NCBI GenBank assembly: GCA_964492745.1
Contig: CAZBLT010000004.1
Location: 28,668-92,667, forward strand
Direction of reading: 5' to 3'
DNA from: an uncultured Anaerolineaceae bacterium
GTDB taxonomy: Bacteria; Chloroflexota; Anaerolineae; Anaerolineales; E44-bin32
Length of the DNA stretch: 64,000 nt
How positions within the stretch are numbered: the stretch's first letter is position 1; each line of letters begins with the position of its first letter. The position numbers and the translations under genes were made by a program. Shown piece by piece: positions 44,230 to 54,887 of the stretch. A model generated the notes under the pieces. The model was not told the DNA's origin. It saw nothing but the letters and a program-made list of their open reading frames with translations, and ran no database searches.

Positions 44230-45267
44230 ATGAACGTGGCAGTGGGACTATCGGCCCTATCGACGCTCGCTTGGGTTGCAGCGCTGGCGGCTGTGGTCCT
44301 TGCGATCGTACGGGCGGCCCGAGGGCACCCCTTGAGGGCCTCGATGGGTATCATTCTGGGACTGGTCGTTCTTGCACTGGTCCTGACAACGGCCAGCGCG
44401 GGGCTGGTCTTTATCCAGCCCACCGAGCGAGGGGTGGTCATCTCGGCGCTCACCGAGGGCGTGCGGCCGGAACCGCTTCAGCCCGGGCTGAATTGGGTGG
44501 TGCCGTTCCTGGAGAATGTGATCACCTATCCCATCACCCGCCAGACCTACACCATGTCGATTGCGCCGGAGGAGGGTGCCATCCGCGGGGACGATTCCGT
44601 GGAAGCCCGGACGGCGGACGGGCAGATTGTGAAGGTCGACGCATCGGTGATTTTCTCGATCAACCCTGACCTGGTCGTCGATGCGCACATCAAATGGGCC
44701 AATAGCTATATCGATAACCTCGTGCGCCCGGTCTCGCGTGGCATCATCCGCGATGGGGTATCCCAGTTCAGCATCGATGAGGTCGTCAGTTCGAGACGTT
44801 TTGATCTGACGGATTACATAACCCGTGAGCTCACGGAGGCCTTCGATGAGGGTGCGCTCATCATGCATGACTTCGTGCTGCGTAACATCGCCTTCTCGGA
44901 AGAGTATGCGGCCTCGGTGGAGCAGAAGCAGATCGCCGAGCAGCGCGCTCAGGAGGCTGCCTTTGTCGTACAGCAGCGGGAGCAAGAGGCCGAGCAGGCT
45001 CGCCAGGTGGCCAAGGGGCAGGCGGATGCAGCCGTGATCGAGGCTCAGGGGCGCGCTGAAGCCCGGTTGATCGAAGCCGAAGCGGAGGCCCAGGCTTTGC
45101 AGATGATCGCCGAGGCGCTTCAAGACAACCCGGATTTGATCACCTTCGAGTATATCCAGAAGCTCTCGCCGGGCATCCAGGTCATGCTCGTGCCCAGCGA
45201 TAATCCTTTCCTGTTGCCTCTGCCTTCGCTGCAGGGGACGCCCACCCCAGCGCCTTCGACGCCGTAA
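44230..45267 (+). CDS. SPFH/Band 7 (prohibitin/HflC-like) membrane protein
   Basis: An N-terminal TM segment, an SPFH domain and a C-terminal Ala/Glu/Gln-rich coiled coil (AEQRAQEAAFVVQQREQEAEQARQ...). The RBS is AAGGAGGAG. Confidence 0.85.
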   Translation: MNVAVGLSALSTLAWVAALAAVVLAIVRAARGHPLRASMGIILGLVVLALVLTTASAGLVFIQPTERGVVISALTEGVRPEPLQPGLNWVVPFLENVITYPITRQTYTMSIAPEEGAIRGDDSVEARTADGQIVKVDASVIFSINPDLVVDAHIKWANSYIDNLVRPVSRGIIRDGVSQFSIDEVVSSRRFDLTDYITRELTEAFDEGALIMHDFVLRNIAFSEEYAASVEQKQIAEQRAQEAAFVVQQREQEAEQARQVAKGQADAAVIEAQGRAEARLIEAEAEAQALQMIAEALQDNPDLITFEYIQKLSPGIQVMLVPSDNPFLLPLPSLQGTPTPAPSTP

Positions 45268-45289
45268 CACGATCCGATGAGCGATCGAC

Positions 45290-45327
45290 GACACCGCCCC
45301 TGGCACATAGGGGCGGTGTCGCTTTTT
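45290..45327 (+). terminator. Rho-independent terminator after the SPFH gene
   Basis: GACACCGCCCCT-GGCACAT-AGGGGCGGTGTC forms a perfect 12-bp stem, followed by GCTTTTT. Confidence 0.8.
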
Positions 45328-45351
45328 GGCGGGGTGAGTTGCAGCGGGGCC

Positions 45352-46635
45352 TTAATCGAGGCGCGAGGCCAGCAAGGGAACCAACATCTCGTCTGGAGAG
45401 AGCCCACCGTGGCGCCCAAGCAGCGGGTTTTCTTTCTGTGCCCACCACAGATAGGCTTCTCCGTGGCTGACCAGGATCATCTCCCCGAGGCGGTCTGCGG
45501 CAACGGCTGCCGGTTCGCCAGGGCCGAAGAGGCCCTGTTCCAGCGCGCTTGGAGCCTGCAAGGGGGTGAAGGCTCCCGGCCAAGCCTGGTTGAGATAGGC
45601 GCGAATGTCACCGGCGCGCTGGGGTTTGGGATAGAGATAGGCCAGGCGGTTCTCGCCGGTGGGGTACATATAGAGCAGTCTCAGGAAATCCGGATGATTG
45701 CGAAGCTCCATGTGGGCATTCAGGGGGGTGGCCACCTGACCATGATCCGAGAGCAGGAGCAACACCGTTTCCCTGGCGACGATGGCGGGCAGCTGATCCA
45801 GGCATTCGTGCACCATGGCCTGGGCAAAGGCTGCGAAGGCCACTTCGGCCTGCTCCGAATCAGGGCCGTGCCGGTGCGAGAGCCCATCCACGCCACCGTA
45901 ATAGACCCAGACCAGGCGCGGCCTAGCGATAGGGGTGGCCAGAAGATGGCGCACGCCCACCCACAAATCGGGGACTCCGGCGAATGTGTGAAGGCTCACG
46001 TCGGCGTAATGCATGCGGGAAAGCCCCGAGCCGCTGATGCTGTAGTGGAGAAAGCCATGCGTCTCGATCCCGGCGGCCCGAAACCGCGGCCCCAGGGTCG
46101 GGACCGGCAGAAACCGCTCGGGGTCGAATCCGGCCGTGTAGAGCAGGCCGGCGCGGCCGTCGAAGACCGCCGGCGCATGCGTGATCATGTTGGTGATGAT
46201 CCCCCATTCCTTGAGGAAGATCTCATAGCCGAGCACGCCGTGCTCCGCAGGGCTCCGTCCGGTCCAGAAGCTGGTGAGCGCGGCGCTGGTTGTGGAAGGG
46301 ACCACGGAGGTCAGGGCCGCCAGATGGCCATGGCTGAGCAAGGGGTTCAAGCTTGCTGCGCGGCCATCTATCCAGCGCTGAAATCGGCGCAGGCCCACAG
46401 CATCGACGAGGACGACGAGGACCTGCCTGGCGCCTTCCACGAGATCGTCTAGGACGGGCAAATCGAGGGGGCTGTGCGCGAGAGGTTCGGCGCCCAGCCA
46501 GCGGCATAGGCTGGCGGGAACGTTGAGCAGTGAGAGCCCATGATATGCAGGGCGAATGCTGTCTGCTCCTAGATCCAAGGAATCCGGGGGCTGGGCCTGA
46601 ATGCGCTGCAGGCATTCGGCGGTGAGATCGGCCAT
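45352..46635 (-). CDS. Nucleotide pyrophosphatase/phosphodiesterase-type alkaline-phosphatase-superfamily enzyme
   Basis: VLVDAVG..., the VPSTTSAALTSFWTG nucleophile motif (compare the NPP motif PTxTxPNHxxxxTG), the GVDGLSHRHG and LSDHGQ metal-ligand motifs. Confidence 0.7.
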   Translation of the reverse strand: MADLTAECLQRIQAQPPDSLDLGADSIRPAYHGLSLLNVPASLCRWLGAEPLAHSPLDLPVLDDLVEGARQVLVVLVDAVGLRRFQRWIDGRAASLNPLLSHGHLAALTSVVPSTTSAALTSFWTGRSPAEHGVLGYEIFLKEWGIITNMITHAPAVFDGRAGLLYTAGFDPERFLPVPTLGPRFRAAGIETHGFLHYSISGSGLSRMHYADVSLHTFAGVPDLWVGVRHLLATPIARPRLVWVYYGGVDGLSHRHGPDSEQAEVAFAAFAQAMVHECLDQLPAIVARETVLLLLSDHGQVATPLNAHMELRNHPDFLRLLYMYPTGENRLAYLYPKPQRAGDIRAYLNQAWPGAFTPLQAPSALEQGLFGPGEPAAVAADRLGEMILVSHGEAYLWWAQKENPLLGRHGGLSPDEMLVPLLASRLD

Positions 46636-46671
46636 GGGTCTTTTATCCTTCTTCTGGATGACAAGTGTTCA

Positions 46672-46701
46672 TTGGTGCCTCGCGAGGTGCTGGCCTATAA
46701 T
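46672..46701 (+). promoter_or_regulatory. Candidate promoter (TTGGTG-N18-TATAAT) for the ABC transporter operon
   Basis: TTGGTG at 46672-77 and TATAAT at 46696-701. The first permease starts at TTG 46745, after GGAGGAGG. Confidence 0.45.
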
Positions 46702-46744
46702 TTTACCCGACATCCCCGGTGGGCCCTGAGATGGAGGAGGATCC

Positions 46745-48454
46745 TTGCAGTTTGCAGCCCCTAAGGGGGGAAGAAAGCCTTTAGGGTCACTCGCCGAACG
46801 CGGGTTTCGCGCCCTGCGGAGTCGGCGCGGCCGCCGCCTCCGGGAATACCTCACCGCCTACTTGATGATCCTCCCGGCGACGCTGCTGATCTTCGTCTTC
46901 GGGATTTTCCCTGTTGGATTCGCTCTCTTCGTAAGTCTGCATAAGTGGCGTCTTAAGCGCGGTGGCTACATCGGGCTGGAAAATTATGTGCGCGCTGTGG
47001 ACAACCTGGTTTATGTGGCGCTCTTCCTTCTGGCCGTCGGCGCCCTCGTTGCAGCCACCCTCTGGCTGCGTTCCTGGCGGCGCGAGGCCCGCGATGCCGG
47101 ATTGCGTCCCTGGGTCTTGCTCCTGCCCGGAGGGTTGCACGCCGCCGCGGCCGTGGCCTTTGTCCGCTGGACGGTTCTCCTACTGCCTGAGATCCTGGAT
47201 ATCGCCGACAAGATCATCGGGGTGGAGAGAACCCGGGCGCTGTTCATGCGCTTGTTAGGCGAAGCCCTGCGAGCCCCGACTGTGTGGGAAGCCTTCGGGC
47301 ACCTGGGCTTGCTCCTGATGCTCAGTCTCCTGAGCGCGGTTCTCTTCGCGCGCCTCTGGCGCCGGCCGGAGAACATCCTCTATCAGATCCGCTTTGCGCT
47401 GGCGTGGCTGGCATTGGGCATGGGGGCATTCCTGCTCCGGTTTACCTACACCGAGGTGGCGAAGGCCTATCAAGCGGCACTCGAAGGAGGCCAATCGCCC
47501 GCGATTTGGTCTCAAATCGTTACGATCACGAGCGGCGTGATCCTGCTGGGTCTGGCGTGGGTAGTCTGGCGGGGTGCGGAGCGCCAGGAGACGGACCGGG
47601 CCTTCTGGTTGCGCATCTTCGCGGCGATCGCCTTGCTGGTGGGCGGCTGGCTGCTCATCGGGGAGATCCCGGTCATCGTCGCCGCGGGCGACGATGATCT
47701 CTGGTCGGGGTTGAAGGTAACTATCTTCTACTCCCTGGGAACGGTGCCATTCCAGTTGGCGATCTCGCTATTCCTGGCGGTGCTGCTCTTCCAGCAATTG
47801 GCTGGATCCGAGCTCTTTCGCATGCTCTATTTCTTGCCCTACGTCACGCCCTTCGTCGCAAGCGCGGCGGTCTTCAGGCAGATGTTCTCAATCCGGCCAC
47901 AAGCGCCTGTGAACCAGTTTCTGCATTTCCTGGGGCTTGAGCCGCTGCGATGGACCCAGGAACCGCGGGGGATCTTCCATCTTCTGGGGGAACGGGCGGG
48001 ACTGGCGATCCCCGAGTGGGCTGGCGGCCCCAGCCTGGCGCTGGTCGTCATCATGCTGTATTCCATTTGGGTCTATGTGGGCTATGACACGGTCATCTAT
48101 CTTGCCGGCCTGGGCAACATCCCCAAGGAAGTAGTCGAAGTGGCACAAATCGATGGCGCCGGTCGCTGGCAGGTCTTCCGGCATGTCATATTCCCACTGC
48201 TTTCTCCCACCACCTACTTTCTCTCGCTGATTGCCATCATCGGCACTTTCAAGGCTTTCAGTCACATCTGGGTCATGCGGCATGAGCTGGCGCTGGGCAC
48301 GACGGATACCTTCTCCGTCACCATCTTCCTGGAATTCTTCGATAAGGTGCGCTATGGTTATGCTTCGGCGCTGGCCTTTGTGCTTTTCGCCATCATCCTG
48401 GGCCTGACGGTGTTAAACAACCGCATCCAGGGATCGAGGGTCTTCTATGGCTGA
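46745..48454 (+). CDS. Carbohydrate ABC transporter permease (MalF-like, enlarged N-terminal membrane region)
   Basis: 569 aa. The EAA-loop region is [25 protein letters not shown] start with a strong RBS. Confidence 0.8.
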   Translation: MQFAAPKGGRKPLGSLAERGFRALRSRRGRRLREYLTAYLMILPATLLIFVFGIFPVGFALFVSLHKWRLKRGGYIGLENYVRAVDNLVYVALFLLAVGALVAATLWLRSWRREARDAGLRPWVLLLPGGLHAAAAVAFVRWTVLLLPEILDIADKIIGVERTRALFMRLLGEALRAPTVWEAFGHLGLLLMLSLLSAVLFARLWRRPENILYQIRFALAWLALGMGAFLLRFTYTEVAKAYQAALEGGQSPAIWSQIVTITSGVILLGLAWVVWRGAERQETDRAFWLRIFAAIALLVGGWLLIGEIPVIVAAGDDDLWSGLKVTIFYSLGTVPFQLAISLFLAVLLFQQLAGSELFRMLYFLPYVTPFVASAAVFRQMFSIRPQAPVNQFLHFLGLEPLRWTQEPRGIFHLLGERAGLAIPEWAGGPSLALVVIMLYSIWVYVGYDTVIYLAGLGNIPKEVVEVAQIDGAGRWQVFRHVIFPLLSPTTYFLSLIAIIGTFKAFSHIWVMRHELALGTTDTFSVTIFLEFFDKVRYGYASALAFVLFAIILGLTVLNNRIQGSRVFYG

Positions 48455-49325
48455 GCGGCCCACGTATGCCCCGAATTCCGAGAGTCTTGCTTGGGGCAAG
48501 TCACTGCAGCATCTCGGCACCTATTTCGTCTTGATCACCGGGGCGATCATCGCAGTAATACCTTTCATATGGATGCTCTCCACTTCGGTGATGTCCCTGG
48601 GGGAGGCCCAGGGTGTGCGCTTCTTCCCCTCGCAGATCCACCTCGAGAATTACGCTGCCGCGTGGAAGGAGGCGCAATTTGCCGAGTACTTCTTGAACAG
48701 CCTGCAGATCACGTTCATCACCCTCGCCGGGCAACTCACCTTCAGCGTGCTGGCGGCCTACGCCTTCGCCCGCATCGAGTTTCCCGGGCGGGATGCTATC
48801 TTCGGTGTGCTGCTCAGCACGATGATGATCCCGGCCATGGTTCTGATCATTCCCAACTTCCTGACCGTCACCTGGCTTGGGAGAATTGGGCCGATCAAGT
48901 GGATCAACAACTGGCCGGCGCTTACGGTGCCTTTCATGGGAAGCGTGTTCTCGATCTTCCTGCTGCGGCAATTCTTCGCACAGGTGCCAGATGAGCTCTT
49001 CGATGCGGCGCAGATTGATGGCGCGGGCCACCTGCGATTCCTGATCTCCGTCGTGCTGCCACTCGCACGGGCACCCCTGATGGTGATCCTCGTGCTCTCG
49101 TTCATGGGCTCCTGGAATGCCCTCGCCTGGCCGCTGCTCGTGACCAATTCACCCGAGTGGAGGCCGATCGCAGTGGGGCTGCTGAATTTCGTTGAAGAGG
49201 CTGGGCAGCAACTACATCTGATGATGGCGGGGGCGGTGATCACGATCATTCCCGTCCTTATCCTTTACTTCATCACGCAGCGGCAGTTTACGGAGTCGAT
49301 TGCCCGGAGCGGCCTGAAAGGCTGA
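48447..49325 (+). CDS. Carbohydrate ABC transporter permease (MalG-like)
   Basis: 292 aa. The EAA loop is [22 protein letters not shown]. Overlaps the previous gene by 8 nt. Confidence 0.85.
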   Translation: MAERPTYAPNSESLAWGKSLQHLGTYFVLITGAIIAVIPFIWMLSTSVMSLGEAQGVRFFPSQIHLENYAAAWKEAQFAEYFLNSLQITFITLAGQLTFSVLAAYAFARIEFPGRDAIFGVLLSTMMIPAMVLIIPNFLTVTWLGRIGPIKWINNWPALTVPFMGSVFSIFLLRQFFAQVPDELFDAAQIDGAGHLRFLISVVLPLARAPLMVILVLSFMGSWNALAWPLLVTNSPEWRPIAVGLLNFVEEAGQQLHLMMAGAVITIIPVLILYFITQRQFTESIARSGLKG

Positions 49326-49414
49326 CCCGGCAGGGGAGGGAGGTGGCAGCGATAGGGATCTGCGCAGTTCTCATCGAAGAACGAGATTCAATATCGATTG
49401 TGAGGAGGAAAAAG

Positions 49415-50824
49415 ATGTCCAAGAGAGGATTCGCCTGGTTGCTCATTCTGGCCTTGCTGGTGCCGATGGCGCTTGCGGCCTGCGGGGCCCCCACCGCGGA
49501 ACCGCAGCCGGCAGAACCAGCCCAGACCGAGGCCCCGCCCGAACCAGAGCCCACCGAGGCTGAGGAGCCAGAATCAGCCGCGCCGGCGGTTGACCCCAGC
49601 GGGCAGACCGTGGTCTTCTGGCATGTCTGGGGGACCGGCACGGTTGGCGAGGGCATGCAGGCACTGGTGGAGGAGTTCAACGCCACCAATGAGTGGGGGA
49701 TCACGGTCGAGGCAGTGGACCAGGGGCGCTATCGCGATGCCGAGGACGCCATGAACGCCGCCATCCAGTCCGGCGATCTTCCCAACATTATCGTGGGCTA
49801 TACCAACGCTCTCGATACCTGGTATTCGGTGGGCGTGCTGGCGGATATCAACACCTACATCCAGGATCCCGACTGGGGGCTCTCGGAGGAGGAGATCGCC
49901 GACTTCTATGAGGGCGCCTGGATGAACGGCATCAACGCCGAGGGGGCGCGGGTGGGCTTCCCGCATGGGCAGTCGGCCAATGTGCTCTTCTACAACCACA
50001 CATGGGCCCAGGAGCTTGGATTCGACGGCCCGCCGACTACGCCTGAGGAGTTCAAGGCCCAAGCCTGCGCAGCTGCTCAGGCCAACGCCAGCGACGAGGA
50101 TCCCGATAACGATGGAACCGGCGGGCTGGTGCTTTACACCGGCGCCTCAAATGTCGCTTCCTGGGTCTTCGCCTGGGGCGATGACCTCTATAACGAGGAC
50201 GGCACCGGCTACGATTTCACCAAGCCCGCGGTGGAGGAAGTGGCGTACTTCCTGAAGGAACTCTGGGATGAGGGCTGTGCCTTCGCGACCGAAAGCTACC
50301 CCAACCCCGAATTCGCCACCCGCAAGGCGCTCTTCACCATGAGCTCCACGGCCGGCCTGCCCTATCAGGTTTCGGCCTTCGAGGCCGAGGATGCCACGGA
50401 TGACGAGTGGGGCTTCATCCCCTTCCCGGGGCCGGGCGGCAACCTGGCCGTGAACTCCTTCGCCCAAAACTCGGCCATTGTGAAGTCCAACCCCGAGCAG
50501 GAGCTGGCCTCCTGGCTCTTCATTAAGTGGTTCACAAGCCCTGAGACGATGGCGAAGTGGATCGAGGCCAGCGCCTACCATCCCACTCGCCTGAGTACGG
50601 TGGACTTCCTCGGAGACTACATCGCCGCAAACCCGCTCTGGGCCGAGGGCCTCGAACTGGTCCCGCTTGGCAAAGCGGAGCCCGGCTGGTCGTCCTGGGG
50701 CACCGTCCGCAGGGAGGTGCAGGATACCTTTGCGGCCATCCTGCAGAGCGACCCCTCGGAGATTCCGGCGCTGCTGGCAGAGCTGGACGCTGCGGCCGCC
50801 GAGGCCCTGGAAGAGACTTCCTAG
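49415..50824 (+). CDS. ABC transporter extracellular sugar-binding lipoprotein
   Basis: MSKRGFAWLLILALLVPMALAACG (lipobox) followed by a Pro/Glu/Ala-rich linker and an SBP_bac_1-like body. The ATG at 49415 follows GAGGAGG. Confidence 0.85.
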   Translation: MSKRGFAWLLILALLVPMALAACGAPTAEPQPAEPAQTEAPPEPEPTEAEEPESAAPAVDPSGQTVVFWHVWGTGTVGEGMQALVEEFNATNEWGITVEAVDQGRYRDAEDAMNAAIQSGDLPNIIVGYTNALDTWYSVGVLADINTYIQDPDWGLSEEEIADFYEGAWMNGINAEGARVGFPHGQSANVLFYNHTWAQELGFDGPPTTPEEFKAQACAAAQANASDEDPDNDGTGGLVLYTGASNVASWVFAWGDDLYNEDGTGYDFTKPAVEEVAYFLKELWDEGCAFATESYPNPEFATRKALFTMSSTAGLPYQVSAFEAEDATDDEWGFIPFPGPGGNLAVNSFAQNSAIVKSNPEQELASWLFIKWFTSPETMAKWIEASAYHPTRLSTVDFLGDYIAANPLWAEGLELVPLGKAEPGWSSWGTVRREVQDTFAAILQSDPSEIPALLAELDAAAAEALEETS

Positions 50825-50857
50825 GCCTATCTGGTGGGCGAAGCAGTTGGCATTGCG

Positions 50858-50886
50858 GGGGCTGCCCAATCCGGGCAGCCCCTTTA
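50858..50886 (+). terminator. Rho-independent terminator after the ABC operon
   Basis: GGGGCTGCCC-AATCC-GGGCAGCCCC forms a perfect 10-bp stem, followed by TTTAAAT. Confidence 0.75.
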
Positions 50887-51013
50887 AATGCCCGATCCCC
50901 GGAAAGGGTTCTGGGAGAATGGGAGTCCTTGTCTCCCTGGCGATAGAGCCCGTTTGCCAGCCTCAGGCTTCGGACTACAATCCATCAAGCCGGATGGATC
51001 GGGCGGGAAGGGG

Positions 51014-51361
51014 ATGGGAGCGATGGGAGAGCAAGATCGATGGCGCAAGCTTCGCGACCGCCAGATTGAGTTGCGTGACCCCCAGAAGAAGGAGCGCAAG
51101 CTGCAGAGGAGCATCGCGCACAAACGCCGGAGCCGCCGCGAATGGTTTTCCATGCGGGGGATCTTCGCCGATGTCCCCAAGGTGATCACCGGTGCGCTGA
51201 TTGGCCTGGCGCTCGGAGTGGCGCTCCTTCTGGTGCTGCCCTACCTTATACAGGCATCATGGGTCAATCTCGCCGGCATAGCGGGCCTGGTCATCTTCAG
51301 CTTCTTCGGGATGGCCTTCGGACAGGCCATCGACGGCCGGGATCGGCTGCGGGATATCTAG
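51014..51361 (+). CDS. Small hypothetical membrane protein (basic N-terminus, two TM helices)
   Basis: MGAMGEQDRWRKLRDRQIELRDPQKKERK...VITGALIGLALGVALLLVL...IAGLVIFSFFGMAFG. The start is uncertain (51014 or 51023). Confidence 0.4.
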   Translation: MGAMGEQDRWRKLRDRQIELRDPQKKERKLQRSIAHKRRSRREWFSMRGIFADVPKVITGALIGLALGVALLLVLPYLIQASWVNLAGIAGLVIFSFFGMAFGQAIDGRDRLRDI

Positions 51362-51387
51362 ACGCACTTTGCTCGAGTAGAGAGCTA

Positions 51388-51414
51388 AGGTATCGGTCGA
51401 GGCGACCGATACCT
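51388..51414. terminator. Perfect 12-bp hairpin between convergent genes (possible bidirectional terminator)
   Basis: AGGTATCGGTCG-AGG-CGACCGATACCT. Its 3' arm abuts the stop codon of the nuclease gene. There is no clear U-tract. Confidence 0.5.
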
Positions 51415-54400
51415 CAGTCCGCAAGCATGAATTCGGCGATCAAGGGATCATGATCAGATTTGCGCAGCGCGGTCGTGTCATCCGGCGAAGGCAGACCATA
51501 ATCCGCATCCAAGTGCAGTACGGTCGCATCCACGAGCTGGTCGAAGAGCCCAGGTGTTACCAGAATGTGGTCGAGCGCTTGCGAAACGCCCCGATAAACA
51601 TATGTATACCGGTCCTCAGGGGCCAGGCGTTCGAAGACATGCCGTAGCCCGGCATCCCGCAACACCTCCAGAGGCCCAGAGTCATAGAAAGAGTTGAGAT
51701 CGCCCAGCACGATCACATGCGCGTGATCGTCCTTGCTCAGAATGCGCTCCAAGATCTCCACATTCCAGGCAGCCTGCTCAATCCGGCGTGGTTCGGTCGC
51801 CTCTTCTCCGCCCGACATCGAAGTGAAGTGATTGTTGAGCAGGTAGAGGGTGGTTTTGCCTTGTGTGGTTTGAACCCGGACCCGGATCATCAGCGGCGGT
51901 CGGCTGGTCAGCCCCTCGGGCGCCGGGAAGGCTCGCGCCTCCAGGATTTGGGCCCGATCACCGCGAACGAGATAGCCCACATCGATTCCCCGGCCATCGG
52001 TCCCCTCAATCAGGATAGGCTGATAGTCATACGGCAGGAGGCCGGGAAGCGCGGCGAGATCCTCGAGGATGCCGATGTGCTCCACCTCCTGCAATCCCAC
52101 CAGTGTGGGGGCGCCAGCGGCGAGGATCGTGTCGGCCACCTTGGAAAGATCGCGCTCGTATTCGGACTTGCGGGGCAAGGGAGGCGAGGCTGGATGAGGG
52201 GCCAGGATATCGAACAGGTTCTCCACATTCCAGGTCATCACCCGGAATACATCCGGGGGCTCTGCCTTTAGCCAGGGTAGCGAGATTGGGGCCTTCTCGA
52301 CCCTGGGGGCTTCCAGCGTTTCGATCTTGTAGCTGCCATAGGTATAGGCCAATGGCCCCATCAGGTCGGTCATCTGGTCGCCGTTGGATAGAGAATAGGG
52401 AAGAGTTGATTGGTCTTCGTGAGCTTCGGAGGAGCCATCATCGACAGTGATGAGCAGACCCGTGTCCCCACCGCGCCAGAAGCGTGTGCGACCATGTTTG
52501 GCGAGAGTGACAACGGTCTCGCCAAAACGATTGGTGGGGCCTACGACAACCGCGCGGTCGTAGACGCCGACGAGCATGCCTTCCAGCGTTTCATAATAGG
52601 CAGCCGAGGATTCGGGTGATGCCGGCGGATCGAGCGGGACGGGTGTCGGCGTGGCGGCCGCGACTTCCAGGATGTGAACATCGGCCACGGAGGCGGGGTG
52701 CAGTTCAGTCTGGGAGGAGATTTCCCGCACTTGCCCCCGCACTTCCACAGCCTGCCCGGGTGATAGATCCTCTGGCACAGGATCGAGGGCGACGAATAGC
52801 CCTTCTGACGTCGCCGGGTTGCCATCGGATTCGAGGCTCTGGATCCAGAAGCCGCCGAGATCGGGAAAGACCCCAGTTATGACTCCGCGGGTTGTGAGCG
52901 GCTTCAACCGGTATGGAGAGCGCTCGCCAGGCCCCTGGATGGCAGAGATAGGGACCGTGGCGCCGATATGTGTGGGGGTGGCCGGCTCGACTTGATAATC
53001 GACGTCTTGCTTCAAGCGCAGGCCGAAATCACTCAGGGATGCGGTGGAGGCGCCGGGCGAGGGCTGGAGGCGCAGGTGCACTTCGGCTGCTGAGCCGCCA
53101 GGCTCCAGAGCCGCGATTTGCCAGCGTATCTCCCCCATCGAAGTAATGCCCCCATCCAACACCTGCAGAATTCGAGATCCCGCCGGTTGAGCATCGACCC
53201 AGATCTCCAGGTCGTGCACCGGAGAATCTGTGTAGTTGATCGCCCGAAGGGTCAGGTCGAAGGGTGTACCTGGCAAGACGTTGGTGGGAGCGTCCACTTC
53301 AAGGATCACAGCCGCGGGGTGGATCTCCCGCAGGTCGGCCGCCTGGCGGGGGTAGAGCTGGATCAGGCCATCCCTGACCTCCAGGATCCCGGAGGCCTGA
53401 TAGGCACGTCCTTCTTCGAATGGCTCAACGCTGATGCCTGTCTTCTTGTCGATGTAGAGCGTGAGTATCGCACCGGTTTCATCGGCCAGATCCATCTCGT
53501 AGCTGTAGCTGAATTCCTCGATGCGGGTAGCCGTGCCCTGGACGGTCACCAGCCTTCCAGGCAGGTTTTCCATGTCGGTAGCGGCTTGCCCGAGCGGCAC
53601 TGAGAGGGGTACAGGCGGTTCACCCTCTTGCAAGAGCTCCACATCCTCGGGAGAGCCGGGGATAAGCTCGGCCGCGCCGCGGTAAAGATCCATCAGGCCG
53701 CGGACACGAATCTTGTCGCCGATGGAGACGGCCAGTTCCCCTTCGCCGGACGGCACCCATACTTGAACGCCCCCGCTCGGGTCCTCCACGTAGAATTTCA
53801 CATTTCCAGAGCCGGCGAAGTAGCCGCCCGTGTACATTGTGGCTGTGCCCTCGACGGTTACTTCCGAGCCCACCAGCGAGCGCGCAATCGACACCGGGAT
53901 TGCACCTTCGCGGATTTCGATCCAGAGAGTCTCGGAAAATGCGTAGGAAGTCGGCGGTTCGAGGACCGCCATGATGTTCCGGATGGGGGCCTGCAGGTAG
54001 GTCCATGGGGCAACCAGAGCCACCTGCCGGGTAAGCACGCCGCCTGGCTCGAGAGCTCCGGGTGTCCACACTGCTCGGCCCTCGCTCAGGGTCAGCCTCT
54101 CCTGGAGGGGGCGAAGCTCCACACCCTCTGGGAGGTCAAAGGATACCGATGACACTGAGAGAGGATCGTCCGCCAGGTTCTCGAGCAGGAGAGTCAGATG
54201 GAAGGTCTCGCCGGGTTTGGGTTGCGCCTCGATGGTGGCCTTAAGGCGCAGGGGCGTGGATACGCTCGCGGTGGCGACGTTCTGCGGATCCGGCGTATTG
54301 ACCAACAGGAAATCCTGGGCGTGATTGGGTGGCTCGAGTTTCCCCAGAGCCTCCTGGCGGCGCTGAAGAGAGCAGCCAGCCTCGATGGCTGGCGCAGGTT

Positions 54401-54887
54401 CACCCTGCCGGTAGGCCTCAGGCGCTTTGCCCCAGGCGAGGCGGTCTTGAGTTTGATTCTGCGGGTTGCGCAGAAGCAAACCGCCCCCTGATGTATTCAG
54501 GCTCTGCTCGAAGCGTGCGTCGGGTGTTCGCCCAATCTCTTCCCCAGATCGGACAAGCAGGTAGAAGCCCCGGGGAGGGATCAACGCCGGACGGGTCCAT
54601 TCATAGACGGGCAGGTCCTCTTCACTCGTGGCCAGCCGGTACCAGAGCGACCATCCCTGCAAATCGATCGGTTGATCGGATGGGTTATGAAGCTCGATGA
54701 ATTCGAAATTGTTGTTCCCGGGCGTACCCGCCATCACCTCGCTGATTATCGGGGAGGAGGGGGCAAATCCAGGAGCGGGCGTGCTGGGGCCAGTTGCTGG
54801 GACGCACGACACCAAGACGACGAGCGCGAGGGCAACGGGAAGGGCATGATGGGTTCGATGCATGTTGCTAGTCCTTTGAACAATCAT
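51414..54887 (-). CDS. ExeM/NucH-family extracellular nuclease (lamin-tail domain ... endonuclease/exonuclease/phosphatase domain), lipoprotein
   Basis: Signal peptide/lipobox ALALVVLVSC and an LTD (ISEVMAGTPGNNNFEFIELHNPSDQPIDLQGWSL). The C-terminal EEP domain carries VMTWNVENLFD...GDLNSF...SDHDP. An alternative start lies at 54863. Confidence 0.8.
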   Translation of the reverse strand: MIVQRTSNMHRTHHALPVALALVVLVSCVPATGPSTPAPGFAPSSPIISEVMAGTPGNNNFEFIELHNPSDQPIDLQGWSLWYRLATSEEDLPVYEWTRPALIPPRGFYLLVRSGEEIGRTPDARFEQSLNTSGGGLLLRNPQNQTQDRLAWGKAPEAYRQGEPAPAIEAGCSLQRRQEALGKLEPPNHAQDFLLVNTPDPQNVATASVSTPLRLKATIEAQPKPGETFHLTLLLENLADDPLSVSSVSFDLPEGVELRPLQERLTLSEGRAVWTPGALEPGGVLTRQVALVAPWTYLQAPIRNIMAVLEPPTSYAFSETLWIEIREGAIPVSIARSLVGSEVTVEGTATMYTGGYFAGSGNVKFYVEDPSGGVQVWVPSGEGELAVSIGDKIRVRGLMDLYRGAAELIPGSPEDVELLQEGEPPVPLSVPLGQAATDMENLPGRLVTVQGTATRIEEFSYSYEMDLADETGAILTLYIDKKTGISVEPFEEGRAYQASGILEVRDGLIQLYPRQAADLREIHPAAVILEVDAPTNVLPGTPFDLTLRAINYTDSPVHDLEIWVDAQPAGSRILQVLDGGITSMGEIRWQIAALEPGGSAAEVHLRLQPSPGASTASLSDFGLRLKQDVDYQVEPATPTHIGATVPISAIQGPGERSPYRLKPLTTRGVITGVFPDLGGFWIQSLESDGNPATSEGLFVALDPVPEDLSPGQAVEVRGQVREISSQTELHPASVADVHILEVAAATPTPVPLDPPASPESSAAYYETLEGMLVGVYDRAVVVGPTNRFGETVVTLAKHGRTRFWRGGDTGLLITVDDGSSEAHEDQSTLPYSLSNGDQMTDLMGPLAYTYGSYKIETLEAPRVEKAPISLPWLKAEPPDVFRVMTWNVENLFDILAPHPASPPLPRKSEYERDLSKVADTILAAGAPTLVGLQEVEHIGILEDLAALPGLLPYDYQPILIEGTDGRGIDVGYLVRGDRAQILEARAFPAPEGLTSRPPLMIRVRVQTTQGKTTLYLLNNHFTSMSGGEEATEPRRIEQAAWNVEILERILSKDDHAHVIVLGDLNSFYDSGPLEVLRDAGLRHVFERLAPEDRYTYVYRGVSQALDHILVTPGLFDQLVDATVLHLDADYGLPSPDDTTALRKSDHDPLIAEFMLAD

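Noticed and set aside
44257-46452. Long antisense ORFs 44257..45306 (-) and 45277..46452 (+)
   Set aside because: They mirror the SPFH gene and the AP-superfamily gene respectively. The sense genes have clear family motifs, RBSs and a terminator, and the antisense products are compositionally biased.
46678-46687. Perfect 10-bp palindrome CCTCGCGAGG inside the ABC-operon promoter spacer as a repressor operator
   Set aside because: It is too short and GC-rich to be significant at this base composition. The flanks do not extend the symmetry, and no regulator gene is adjacent.
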